Origin: Sphagnum compactum
Taxonomy: Eukaryota
NCBI GenBank assembly: GCA_965153455.1
Contig: OZ234493.1
Location: 3,968,001 to 4,032,000, forward strand
Length of the DNA stretch: 64,000 nt
Reading direction: 5' to 3'
The notes below the pieces were generated by a model. The model ran no database searches, was not told the DNA's origin, and saw only the letters and a list, made by a program, of their open reading frames with translations. The stretch's first letter is position 1. Each line of letters opens with the position of its first letter. The position numbers were made by a program, and so were the translations under genes. This document shows positions 24,779-38,232 of the stretch, piece after piece.

Positions 24779-26498
24779 CCAGAATGGAAAGAACGAGATT
24801 CGACTCTCGACAGGCGAGGAGGACTCGTGCTGAAAAAGACTTCAACAAAGATGGAGCCAAAACAAAAGGAAACCAGCAAGATATGGTGCAACCGAGGTTT
24901 GATCCAGATCGGTTCCCTTTCTGCAGCGGGACTTTCCTCCACGAAATTGCAGAAACGCGCTACCGCAACTCTCTAACAACTGAGCGCAAAGGAGAACTAA
25001 GGAGCTCCGAGTTGAATTCTTCTAACAAGAAAACGAATGTTTCCTTCCAAAAATCTCTCAAAAGCTTGTAGTTCTTGTTTCTCTTCAAGACACAAACAAA
25101 ACGCTTGCGCGCACACGCACACGCAGACAATAACCCTAAGGAAGAAAAAAACAAATCAAGAGCACGGCAAAATGAGAAGAAACGAGAAGCTTTCGCTCCT
25201 ATTCTCGCTACCTATTTTGCCTTCCAACACCTTCCGACAAGCAAACAGAAAGAAAGCAGAAGGAAAACACAAAAAATTGCATCCAAAAAAAAAAAAAAAA
25301 AACTACGACGACGACTAACTAGAGCACACAGAGCGTATCTGTTACAAGCGATTCGCTAGAAAGCGTCCAGGAGCAGCACGGGAAGAAAACCAAAAGAAGG
25401 CCACATCGGCGGCGACGACGACGAGTCAGAGTACCGGATCTTCATTTTCTTTACTCTCATCACAAACGCCAAATCGAAGACGATCGATCCCCCCCCAAAA
25501 AAAAACTCCTCCTCCAGGCTCCCTGTGTGGAAAGCAGTTTCAGAGAAAAAGCTTGCAGAATTGTCGAATTCTTCTTCTTCTTCTTCTTCTTTGCTGTGGC
25601 GATGGAAAGCGGAAGCGTAGATCTCTGCCTGCCTGTTCTTCTCGCTTGTTCGTCGCAACGGTGGTCAGAAGAAACGCACGTATACCATCGCCGCAGCCTC
25701 CAAAGCGAAAGAAAGCAACGAACAGCCTTGGCTGCTGCTGTTATCCAACGGTTTCAGACATGCGCCGAATAATAATCCATTGGACGGCTACCAACGGTAG
25801 CTAGTTCAACACCCAACCCATCACAGCCCCCACCCCCGTCTATTCTCCAAAATGTGGTCATGCATAAATAAGGGAGTACTTTGGCACCTTATACACATGT
25901 ACATGTCTAACAATTCATTAATTAATTTTGAAAGATCCCACTTCCTAGAAAAATAATATTATTTGAGAATATTTCACAAATATTCTTTCATTTTCCTTCA
26001 CAAAAAGTAATTTATCTCTTCAAAAAATTTTAAATTAAAATTTAAAAACTTGTCACCATTAAAAAAATAATATAGTTTGAGCCAAAGCCACCAAGGTACT
26101 TCGGTGTTAACCTTATTTGCACCCACCGATTGAAGTTAGGAATTTCATAGTGACCCCCTCATGCATAATTTTTTAAGTTGGTGTTGGAAAAAAAAAAAAA
26201 AAAAACCATAACCATGTCCAATTTGCCTTAAGAATTGTGTCGGAACAAATTGCATTCGAAATATATATGTTTTGAAATTTACACATTGGTCAAATATTAG
26301 GGTTGAGATAATAGGTCTCAAGATGCTTAATATGTTGATGTTAGGCCTACTACTAAGGGGAGTAAGAACCCTCCGAGTGTGCATAAGTAACTAAGAACTA
26401 TCCCTCTCCTCCTATGCCCCCAGATCTTCAGATGTGACCTTCACATCAAAGAAATTTGGATTAAGAAAAAAAATCAAAACATGTCACTTCGACTCAGC

Positions 26499-26837
26499 AA
26501 AATGGTTTTGGCCCAACACTTTTGTTGGCTAGGGTAGTAGTCTCCAGTCTCCACCTATTTGGGATCCCAATTTTAGTTTTATGGGTGGAGGAAAAAAGTA
26601 ACTAACTAAACTTGGATGTGAGAAACATTTGCTGAGAGAGCAGCAGAGCCTCAGGGTGCATGCAAGAACCTACCTATCCAATCATTATGTTTGGCCAATG
26701 AGAAAATAACAGGGAATAGCAGTCACATCATATTCATTACATTCTTCTCTCTACTAAGTTAAGTAGGCGTTAGGCTTTGCTGTGCCTCTCTACCAGCCTC
26801 AGAAAATTGTGCAAAAATGCTGGGCCAAAACCATTTT
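26499..26837. mobile_element. MITE with 20-bp TIRs; related copies at ~27225-27480 and split at 40984-41138 / 45004-45110
   Basis: aaaatggttttggcccaaca (26499-26518) versus tgctgggccaaaaccatttt (26818-26837), one mismatch. The internal core acctatttg...ttttatgggtgg...aaacttggatgtga is shared by three copies. Confidence 0.7.
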
Positions 26838-29800
26838 TGAAAATGAAAATGGTTTTGACTTCTCTTCATTAAAATTTTAACTTTCAGGGTCACATACCGA
26901 GCACAGGTGGAGTTGCTCTTAGTTCGGGGATGCCTCTACCATAGGGCTTCACCCTACATGATTTTGAACTTTTCATTTCAACAAATGAAATATTCCTGAA
27001 TATTCACTATTTTCCTCACAATATTTTTTGATTTGAAAGAGAAATAATTTTTGAAAATTTCAACATTTCTGAAAATAATAGAATTAGTGTCGAATTGGCC
27101 AAGGTAGTAGGGTATTTGTTTTAGGTTCCCTTGTGTTGGGATTGAAATTGTTGGCGAGTAAGAGCATCCCCACAGGTGCTCAGTATGTGACCCTGCACAA
27201 TAAAAATGGGATGAAGAATAGTGTCTCGGGGAAATGGTTTTTCTCCTGCATATCTGTTCAGTTTGTTGAGAACAGTTTTTTAAAAAAACCGCAGCAAATT
27301 TGTGCACCTGCTACAGAAGAGTGTAACAAATATGTTGGTCCTTGTTTTTGATTGGCTGATCATAATGATTGGTCCAGGTGGTTTGCCATTAGTAGTTCCC
27401 ACCTATTTGCAGTCCCAGTTTCAGTTTTATGGGTGGGGTTGCAGAAAAGTAAATAACCAAACTTGGATGTGAGAAATATGGATGTGAGAAAATTTTGACC
27501 ATTGCATATCATCCCACCCATGGGTCATCACACCATCCCATGCGTCTAACTTGCATGGATTTGAAACCCCATTCACCCATCAATGAAGACAATCACCAAA
27601 TCCATTTCCTTATAACATTGCATATGCCCATAGTTGTTAATGAAATCAATACAAGAGCTTGAATGCTACAAATTTTTCCCCTCACTTTACCCTTTTGCAC
27701 TTTCTTTTTTTATAACCTTCTCATGTTTTGCACCCATAACCTCCCATCTCACAAGTACCGAAGCCCACATAACATGCAAACAAACATCTACCAAGGGTCA
27801 TGTAGCATGTTACATACCCTAGCACCCATAACATGCCCAAAATGTGAAGAAAACATGTCTAGTAATGTTGAGGTGAAAAATGGGGCAATGGGTATGTTGG
27901 TACTCTTGTATTGATTGCATTAACAACTACGGGCATATGTAATGTTAAAGGATTGATAATACCCTACTTTTGAAAAAAAAATGTTTTCACATTGATTGGT
28001 CATGGTCGTATTGTGTCATAGAGTTGACATTTTTTTGCTTCATTAGTAAAGTGTGCACAATGTTTTGGAGGTTTCAAGCTAATGATTTGATACATATAAT
28101 GCTTTTTAAATGTTGTTCACATGTTGCCCTTTTACATATCAAGGTTCAAACGCATACATTTTGGAAGAATTGTCTATTCTCATGGTTTTATCATTTAATC
28201 ATAATCATTTGCCTTCACAAGTTCACCTTGATTGGATATATTGAGTAAATTCAAGTTTGTCCTTATAATTGTTATTGAAAGAGTTGATTTTGTTTGCTCT
28301 ATCAAACATCTAGGTGTTTACTTGGATGTGGGTTTTTACGTTTACATGTTGACTAAATTGTTTATGTACATCACCACACTTGTGATCAAAGGGAATTAAG
28401 TGTTTCTTTGGATGGATTTTTTAATAATGTGAAATGTTTTCTTATGGCAATTCAATGTGCTTGATATTTAATTTTTCACATATTGTGGTTTGTATTATTA
28501 ATGAACTTGATTATGTAATGTTCATTGCATTCCATGGTAATTTTTGAAGGCAAGTCCATGTTTACATTGACAGTCAATAAGAAATCAATCTAGGCTTTGG
28601 CATTGCAACTTTTTGCGTACATATTTTGATGTTTCTTGTGACATAAGTCACTGATTTTCATTATGATTAAAATAAAACATTTGTGGGATTTTGTGGAACA
28701 ATGTTCCTACCATTTCATCTATTCGAACATGTCTTAACATTTTTAGATGGTTTTTATTCTTCGTAACTTGGGGAATTTAAAGATTCTCAATAGTGGAAAT
28801 TTTTGTTCTTAGATTATGTCCTCACAATGCATAAACATGATAAACATATGTATTAAAGTCTACCAATTTTAGCGGTTTTGATGGTGATTTTACTTTGTAA
28901 CATTTTTTGTTTGGGCTTGTGTTTTATGGTTATATATATCATGTATGCTACAATGGGAAACTAAGCAAACACATTTGGGTCAATCAAAACACTTTATATA
29001 AAGTGTAATATGCAACATACAATCCAACTAATTGTATTCCAATGTTCATTAAGCTACTTAATATGTTATGTGCCCTTGAATTATGAGCATTAGAACATGG
29101 AATTTATTAACATTGAATAGGCGCATGCAAAAAAATATGTAATAGTATTTGTGGGTTGTTTAAATTTAAACCATTGGCCAACAAATAATTATCATAAGAA
29201 TGTTGAATATGTTACAATGTTCCTTTTTGCAATTTAATGGGATACATTGAATTGATTATTAACTACAATATGATCATTATGATCATCAAGTAAAGTGAAA
29301 TACATCTTCTAAATCACCTAAAGTGTTTTTATGTTTTTGTGTCACTTCTCGAGGGCATTACATTTGTTTGTTTGTGATGCACAATGTCTTCATTTTTTGT
29401 TGGGGGCAATTGGATTGGGTTGTTGTATCTTTCTCCAACATTTAAGGGCCACCTTCGTAATGCCCCCACCAAATGGAATAACTAGTGTGTAAAGAAAAGA
29501 AAACCTTGTTTTAGGCAATTGGATTGAAATTCATGTATTCTTGCCCTTATCATGCAACATTTCCTTCGTTGATATGGAACCATGAACAATCATGTTATCA
29601 CCAAATTGTGAGTTCATTGAAAGGGGCATGTGTGGGAATGTGTACCCCATATTGTCATCCTTCACTTTCAAATCATCAACTAGTGTTTAGATAATACAAC
29701 TTGAATTTTCCTTGTTTAGTCCTCTAGCCATGAACCACCCTAATGTATGGTCAAGTCAAGAATGCATCCTAACAAATGGTTGCAAGTATGTGGGAATGTA

Positions 29801-29918
29801 AACTATTTGCTACATGTGTTTTCATGTGAAACAACAAGGCTCTATGAATGAAATCATCTTGCATATTTAGCTACTACATTATGTTATCATTATACTAACA
29901 TGTGCAAAGGGGTGAAAA

Positions 29919-30870
29919 TGCAACCCCCGAACATTACCTCTTCAAAGAAATAAGGTTGAAAAAACAAGGTCAACTCCTTATTAATCCCAAAAGAAATTAC
30001 TCTCACTTGCTTACTTTACTACTATTCAAGTAATAGTTAAGAATTCATGCAAAGAAGAAAAGGAGAAAGTAGGGTCTGTCATCTAAGGATAGAACTACCA
30101 TCCTAAATATAAGCTACTCAAGTAGTGTCAAAAGAAAAATATATAGAAAGTAAGTAGACAAGATGAAAAGGACTAGGAAGTACCTACCCTCTAGGTCTTT
30201 ATAGTACCTTTAGTACCTTATAATGGTGCCCCAGTGGGTCTACAAGTTTTCCATAGTTGTTATCCCACCTTTATAACGCCTACAAACCTTGTAGGGGCAC
30301 TACCTACCATCTATAGTCACTGCAATTTCTCATGGTTGTTGCCTACTATCTACAATAGCCCTATTTATCTTATAGACATTAACTTTCAAATATTCTCCCT
30401 TCCTACTACCACACATTAACTACTACCTTCCTATGGTAGTAAGTGATTTCCTACTCAATAAACTAAAACCTAACATACATTCTTACCACTTTTTATAAAA
30501 GAAACGCATAACTACTATGTAAAATGTAACAACACATTATGTAAGCTTAAACTATACTACCATTCCTCATATTCTAATAGAATAAGCTAACCAAAAACAC
30601 ATGAAGGTTTTTCAACCATTTTTCATTGAAATAATACACAAGTACAAACACATTGCCAACTACTCCCTCCTTTCTAGTGTTACACCATACACCTTTCCAA
30701 GAGAAAGCTTTCCATTCCAACTCCAAACTACAACTTATCAAAATGCCATAGAATTCTTCCAAATCCTCCTTTAATCTTCCTTCTCCACAAAGCCACACAA
30801 GGTCCACATTGACCCCATGAAAATATGGTCCTTATCCTAATCCCCTCTTGGAAATCTCATAGGTATTGGG
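29919..30870 (-). mobile_element. Decayed 3' end of an LTR retrotransposon (LTR ~29919-30684, PPT, internal remnant)
   Basis: The segment is bounded by TGCAAC...GTTACA. On the minus strand the purine-rich ggaaaggtgtatgg directly precedes TGTAACAC. No second LTR seen. Confidence 0.4.
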
Positions 30871-31920
30871 TGAATTACACCCAACCATTCATTAATATGA
30901 ATTACTTAATCCCATTAACTTCACCCCTTTGGTAAGGGATAGTAAGTCTACCACTAGTAATTAGTAATTACTAGGATGCCTATGGCACTAATTAGTCTAA
31001 ATATTTTCCAATAAAAACATTCATTTTTTTCCCCACATATTTAGCAATCCTCTTTTGACAATCCTCCCACAATGTGCTTCATGCTTCTTATTGTTTGAGT
31101 AACTTGTATTCCATATATTGAACCAATATTTTGAATTTATCCTTCGAATTTGCAAGGTTCATTACATGACTAATAGTAATGTTTGTTGCATCTTGTTGGA
31201 ACTATGAGCAACAATGTTGTGGAAAGTAAATGCAATCAAAACTAATGATTTGAAGGTCCAGTATATGTGATGCATGTTATAACCTTCTTTTTACCCAAGA
31301 ACCTAACCATGTGACATGTTATAGACATGATATGAAACAATCACCTCATAAATACAACAATGAAAGCATGTGTGATATTTGTGAATCCACAACCCAAACA
31401 ATGCCATAAACATGTTATCAATCCATTCATCCCATCCTTTTGGACAAGCTCAATAGCTTGCAAGCCTAGCCTTGAAATTGTTAAGGGAAGAGTTTTCCTA
31501 GTCAAATTTCTTCAACATGTATGGAAGCAAATGAAACAAGCTAAGTGGTAACTTGAACGGTAGAAGTATGAGCAATTTGCATTCAACCATTACATGTTAA
31601 TCAACTTTGTTCTTCACAAGTTTTAAGTAATGATTTTGGGCATCTTGGATGTTTTTCAAAGTGTGCAGGTCCTGTAGAACAAGATTCACGTGCAATGAAG
31701 ATGGATGGATGTGTGAAGGCATCCCAAGTTCACTTTGATTTTTTAATCCATATTTGCGATGAAGTGGACATATTACACAAATATTTGTTGCCTTTAGTGT
31801 GTATTAGAGGATGACACCTTTGTTATCCCATTTTTGTGCATGGTAGTTGGGATGCAACTAGGGATCATTTTAGGTCAATACTTGTTTAACAATCTCGCCT
31901 ATATTACTAACATTGATAAT

Positions 31921-34900
31921 TACATATATTAAAGGAAGAATGAAGCTTCCCCTTAATCCGAACGGACAGTAGCTAAATATAGCGAGGACGTCGTGAAACT
32001 TTCCATCCATCTGTTCCGTCATTCATCCATCCATCCGTCCCGTGATGGTGTGTTTACCCCGACAAGCTTTGTGATCAGCTCTTCGATGCGGGGGAGAAAG
32101 AGTGGAATACAGATTGCTACAGCAACAAGAGCAGCAGCGACAATAGGAAAAGACAAATTATGTCGCTCTTGAAAGAGAAGGAGACGACTACTCGGATTGA
32201 GAAGGATGCGGCGGATAATAAGAGGATGCAGTTGGAGATGAAGAAGAATGCTGCAGATTTTTCTTCTTCTGCAATGCTCATGGTGACGAGGGATTTGATG
32301 TGTGCGGAAGTTGTTGTTGAAGAGTAGCTGACTCACATTCATCAGATCCAGAAGAACAGAAGAAGATCAATCTGCAGTGTTGTTAAGAGATTTGATGTGC
32401 GGGGAAGTCCTACAGTGGCCTACTGAAATTTATAATGGCAATACTGAATCCTTAAGATTATGTACAACCATGCTGCCGTTTGATGATTACACGAAAACCA
32501 GAGCAAATTCCACCAGCAGAAGATGCAGCAGCATCCTTTTCTTCCACACCACAACTGTGTAGTCTCTGATGCATCTGCAATGTCTGAAATTTGCACTTGG
32601 TACAAATCAGGAGCATGAGTTCACTCTTTCTCTCATGTTGTGTCTCTCTTCCAGTGAAATTTTATCACTTACTGGTGTTTGGCATTATGCAGTTTGATGT
32701 TTTTGGAAATGCACTTGGATTGCTTGTAGCTCATCCAGTGACACCCTTCATATCTATGCACCATCTGGAGTTGATTGAACCAGTATTCCCAGGGCCGATT
32801 GCACTTGAAGGCCTGAAGCAACTGATGACGGCCATGCGTACTGATCATGGAAATTTCTTTCAGCAATCAATTTGCTATGATCATGAGCTCGGGTTGTCAT
32901 TCTCCATTTCATTAGGGTATGTTGTACAGGTATTCCCGCAGATTATTCTTCCTCGAACATTGACGATTGTTGAAACTTCCTTTACAGCTTGGAACCATGA
33001 TAATCATGACCTGGAGTTCAACTTTGACACACAGCATGTACCCATGTCCATATGCAAGCATCCATTCCTGTTTTACATGGAAGAAATGCATGTTGTGGAA
33101 AGCAATAGACAAACAGTCAGCATGTATAAGCGGTACTCAAAGGTGGATGAAACAAAGAAACATGCCTATTGCTGGTTCCACCACATGGCTCCTCAAAGGC
33201 TCAAGCAAATTACAGTTGTTATTGATTTTGTGGCCATGCAATGGTACATGGTAAGTCCCTCATGGTGTGTGCCTCAATTATGTATTTCAGTTTGGGGCCT
33301 GCCTATTTCTCATGTGAGCATAGTTTGTAGTCAAGTCCATGACAACAGAATTGCTGCAATTGTTCTGCCATGAATACACCTGGGGTTGTCATTGCTTCTA
33401 TAGCCCTAAATTCAAATGCTTAATAAACAAAGAGAAAATTTACAAGAATTTGGTGTGAAAACATTAAGTTTTTAGCTTCAAAAAAATTATGTTTTAATTA
33501 GTGAAGAGGTGAATTGCTTCAATTCATGTAAAAATTGTGATTGTTAGTATGTGTGGAATGCTTATATGCTTATTGTTCCACACCAAATGTATTGTTTATT
33601 ATTCAATATATATACTATGGTTGACCTTTGACTGAAGGCCTTATTCTTCTAGCAAAAAACAATATTGTGATTGTGGAACTTGAAAGCAAAGTGGGGTGAA
33701 ATTTGGTAGGTGTAGCATATTGAATGGAGAACCTTCAATCCATTGCGGTGAGTTGTATTGTGGAAATAAATTAGCCTAGCAGCTTGGCATCTTTACGGAG
33801 TGGCATCAAACACCATAAAACTTATCCTTATTTTTGGGCAAAAATGGATTCATACTGGATTTTTAATTTAAATAAAATGTATTCATGTTAAATTATTGGA
33901 ATTAGAAAAGGTTCATTACTTCAATAAGTTTTAGTACTTGATATTTTTTGATAAAAATCTTTGTCAAATACACTCACAAAAAATGAAAGGCTGAAAATAA
34001 CACATCCCTTCAATGTAACGAGTAAAAGATACTAAAGTTCCCCATAAAGTCAGGTGATTAGGGGGCGAAAATGACCACTTTCGGCATAATACGGGATCAA
34101 ATGCTTAACTGGGAATGAAATTTTACAAAACAAAGTAACTGGGACACCAACATCATTCAGCATCATTTTGTTATATGTACCGTCAAATACACACACCTGT
34201 GCATTAGGCATGTTAAATGAAGCTTCCCCTGAATCCGTCTCGTCGTCCCCCTATCCATCCGTCCCGTCATGGTCTGTTTACCCTGACAAGCTTTGCGATT
34301 AGGTCTCTGACGCAGTTTTCGGTGCCTGCCTTGAGCAACAACGAGCTGGGCATGCCGGGGGCCATTAGACCCACGCCCCGTTTCTGCTCTTCTCTACTGT
34401 GTCCTAAACTTGACACCGACACCAAGATTCTTCTTTTTCTTTGTTTTTTTGTTTCTTTTTTCTTCTTCTTCGCATTAACTACCCTGAAACCAAACCCTGA
34501 ACCCGTCAAAACCCTGAACCGACCAAAACAAAGGCGCAAGCCAAGGTGCAAGAACGCAACAGTAGACATAACACACTCTTTGGCAGCGAAGCACACGAGA
34601 TAGCGGAACAGGAGGCGACGGTAACGGGCTATTGGGTTCCTACAGAAGATGAAGGAGAAGCAACGAGGAGGAGGTGTAGACCAAGGGACGCCATCGCTGC
34701 TGCTGCAAGCAAAGCTTCTGGGAGGCAGCAGGGGTGTAAGCGCACTGACGTAGGCGATAAGGTAGCCAAAACGGTGCGGTATGTGGGAGGAAATAGAATT
34801 GACCGGTCTGGAACCGGGCGATCGAGCGGCCCTTGAGAGCGACCGTTTTGTTTGGCTATGTGAAACTATGCGGACGCCGTTATTTTGGAACTGTAGTTTG

Positions 34901-34971
34901 TAGTTGTAATTTTGTAATATGTATCGTCAAATACACACACACCTGTGCATTAGGCACGGGGTTCACACTAG
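31921..34971 (+). mobile_element. Compound non-autonomous Helitron carrying a captured gene fragment
   Basis: 3' end is the cctgtgc-attag-gcacggg hairpin (34942-34960), a 7-nt spacer, CTAG (34968-34971), then T. A truncated copy of that end is at 34173-34210. The 5' module aatgaagcttcccct...tccatccgtcccgt.atggt.tgtttaccc.gacaagcttt occurs at 31939 and 34216. The left boundary is approximate. Confidence 0.7.
32693..33423 (+). pseudogene. 3' fragment of a DUF604/Fringe-like glycosyltransferase gene
   Basis: Exon 32693-33250 (FDVFGNALGLLVAHPVTPFISMHHLELIEPVFP...QQSICYD...SISLGYVVQVF) with AG/GT ends. The next exon from 33331 reads SSP*QQNCC, similar to the family motif SPRRQCC, with an in-frame TGA. 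N-terminal exons not found. Confidence 0.85.
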
Positions 34972-37900
34972 TTATATATTGAATAGTTGAAAGAGGCAAC
35001 TTAATCTCCTTAATAATATGTATTGCAACTTTGGATTCTTCAACATCTAAATATTCCTATGCCACATCCACCATGGACATGCCATTTGAAATACTTGCAA
35101 TGATCCAAACACCTTTTGAATTTGTGGTTAGAAAGTCACAACTTATTCCAAAACCATCCCCCTCCACAATACACACATTGGAAATCGGGAGGATCCTTGT
35201 CCACATTTAATGGGGTCACATGCAATAAAAACATCTCCAATAAGAGTTCATTATGAATTTTAAGAGTGACCCATTGCTCTATAAATCAAATAGGTGTCAA
35301 TTTCACATACTCAACAACCCCTCAAACCTAACTATAACTCTTATTTCATTTTTTACAACTATATTAAATAAGATTTTCAAAACACCAAACTCCTCCAATT
35401 GCCATTCGATTTTGTGTTGCTTCCCAAAACAACATAGACCCACCACCACACTAGAAGGAATTGTTTGACAACTAATTATACCTATAATGTGCCAAAAAAC
35501 CCCAAATAAAGCCTCAAGTCATATATCGCAATAATTTCAATAAATTTGTTATGTGAGTACTTGAAACTTTGCAACAAATATCCAACATTTCCTTTTTACT
35601 CATTTGAAGGTTTCAAACCTCTACATTATTTTAGAGATTTGTTGTGAATTTAAAATTCATGGGTTTGCAACATCAAATTTAAGGTTTGATATTAATGTCA
35701 ACACAATTATGGATCTTTTGCCCAACATTGTCACAATATTAGTTGCCATGTTATGCATTAACCCACATTACATTGCAACATGCATCAAATTCAAAAAAGG
35801 ATAATCACCTAATTAAAACTTGAAATTCACCCACTTGGAATACTTGGATGAACACACATGGATTGATTGATTTTGTGCATCCGGATCTGTGAATTTGATC
35901 AATGTATTTTGCACAATGCACTTCAAAGATCATGACCCTAGTACAACAAAACACTCAACATTTTTCAAATATTTACAAGAAAACATGCAAATTTAAATCC
36001 AAACTTGAAAGTTGCAACACTTTCACTCAACAATTTTCTCATTGTTTCATTGAAATTTTACCAAATATCTTTGTTTTTCGTGATTTAACTATTAACACTT
36101 TCACAAATGTTTGCAAATATGTTACTAGCAACTTGTTAATAATTTACTCGCGCATATTTGTGAGGTAATTACCATGGTAAAAGGTTCAAATCAAGCAACT
36201 CAATGACAACCAGACTAAGACAAGGCCGAGAACAAAATTAAAACTTCCACGTCAAATTTGTGTTTGAAGAAAAGCACACACCAAATCCATAGCATTAAAG
36301 TTACAGAAGTTGTTGCACAAGCAAACTCACAAGGAGCATTGAAACTCTATTCAAAGACTAGAAGGATTAGAGGCGCAACACGACTAAAAAATGAAAATGA
36401 AAATGAACACAACAAAATGCATGCGCAAAAGGTGTTGGGAAATGTAAACCCTAACACAAGGAACATCCTATGTTGTTTGCATGCCTTCCATGAGGATGGG
36501 GATGGCATGGTAGGTTATGAATTCAACATAACATGATGACATGGGGGTAGGTTTGGGCAAAGAATATGGGACAAAGTTAGGTGTTATTGGGAACATGTTT
36601 GGGGAAACCATTGGGGAACTTGGGGAACATTTTGGGACCTTGTTTGTAAATAGCTATTACAAAATGAACTATAATTCACTCAAGTTACATTTTAATAAAA
36701 AAAATAAAAAATCACCAAATCAAGCCATAACATTTTTTTTTCACATCGACAAACGAGCCTATTCAACACCCTTTGTATATTAGTACACTAGGATTATAAC
36801 CCTTGTCTGTATGTAGACCGAGTTAAAAACTAGGTCTATTGGGTGCATGTTGTAAGGGAGCCAGTTTTGTCCCTCAACACCCAAGAAACACTATCATAAT
36901 TATGATAGGATACTACACTCTAAATAATTTCATTACTCATATGACAATACCATAGTAGATCATGGAAAATATAGTAATTTAAAAATAATAATTTTTATTT
37001 TATTTTATTTTATTTTTGAAAAAAAATTATTCGTTTTGTCAATGTGGAAATTGACCCTAGACGACGATAGTGAACAGATAAAAAAAGAAAAAGAAGGTAA
37101 GGCAAAAATTGCAATAGTGAGTCTGTCTGTGTGTGCACAACTTGGGTTGCAGGATGGCTATTGTGCAAAGGAAAATCCCTTACCATGAGTTAACAGCCAC
37201 AGTAAACTAACACCCATTAGGGTAATGCAGTGGATGGATGGTTGATGGATGAAAAATTATCTATCAGTGGGCTCATGTTCTGTGTTACCTGGGATGGTGG
37301 TTTACCTTAGTTGTTATTTTTATTTTTTTATTGACCTTTTGTTGTTGCTCAATTCATTAGTATTTGAAGGTCTTAACTTAAATAAGATCTTTAAGACTTG
37401 AAGCTTCTTATGTAGCAAAGTTTGCAAGTGTTTGTAAATGAGTTGTTCTTTATGCCTTGGGGGTTGTTGTTGCTTAATTTGAAAATGCACTTCATGTTTT
37501 GCGCATGTTGTGTTGGCTTAATTTTTGTTTGTCACGCCTCTTGCTTTCATTTCTATCATGACAAGAATATTCTTGGTTCACAATGGGTTTCACTTTTGGA
37601 TTGTTTTCAATTGCACATGCACGACCATATACACTTTTGCTTTGGGTTCCTATCGAAACAAGAATTCTTTGTTCACAATGGGTTTCACTTGTTGGCTCTT
37701 TCAAAAAAACCATTTTTTGACTCTTTTTCAATTGCACATGTATGACGACCATCTACATATGGAGGTTTGATGTACTATTGGGAAAAATTGGTGTTTTTTT
37801 AAAAAAATTGAACACCTCAGCTTGGTCCTAGTATTGGGTCCTTTTTAAAACTTTTGTACCTCCCTGGTCCTGGAATTGGGTCCCAAGTCTGATTTGTGGC

Positions 37901-38117
37901 TAATAGGAGATAAGTATTGCCTCATGTCCCTACCAAGCTCATGACACCATGCCTACTATAGCTTGGTAGATGTTCATCATCCATTGACGATAGCTTGGTA
38001 CATGTTCATCGTCAATGGTGAAGTTTGTGCAAATTAATGAAAGTTATTGCATATGATTGTGTCATCATGGAAAAGTAGTTTGTGGTAGGTGATAAAGATT
38101 TTGTGTGTAATAGAGTT

Positions 38118-38232
38118 ATCCGTAAAGTCAGGCGATTAGGAGGCGAGAATGGCCAGTTTCGGCATAATAGGGCATCAAATGCATAACTGGGAATGAAAAT
38201 TTTACAAAAGGAAATAACTGGGACCCAAACTA
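38118..38232 (+). repeat. Dispersed repeat shared with 34040-34150 (inside the Helitron)
   Basis: taaagtcagg.gattagg.ggcga.aatg.cca.tttcggcataat...tcaaatgc.taactgggaatgaaa is present at both sites. Confidence 0.8.

Noticed and set aside
25512-25532. miR160-like ctccaggctccctgtgtggaa
   Set aside because: About 6 mismatches, including in the 5' region; no precursor hairpin.
32591-33373. 260-aa ORF as a complete gene
   Set aside because: Both ends read through intron sequence, the N-terminal catalytic exons are missing, and the next exon has an in-frame stop.
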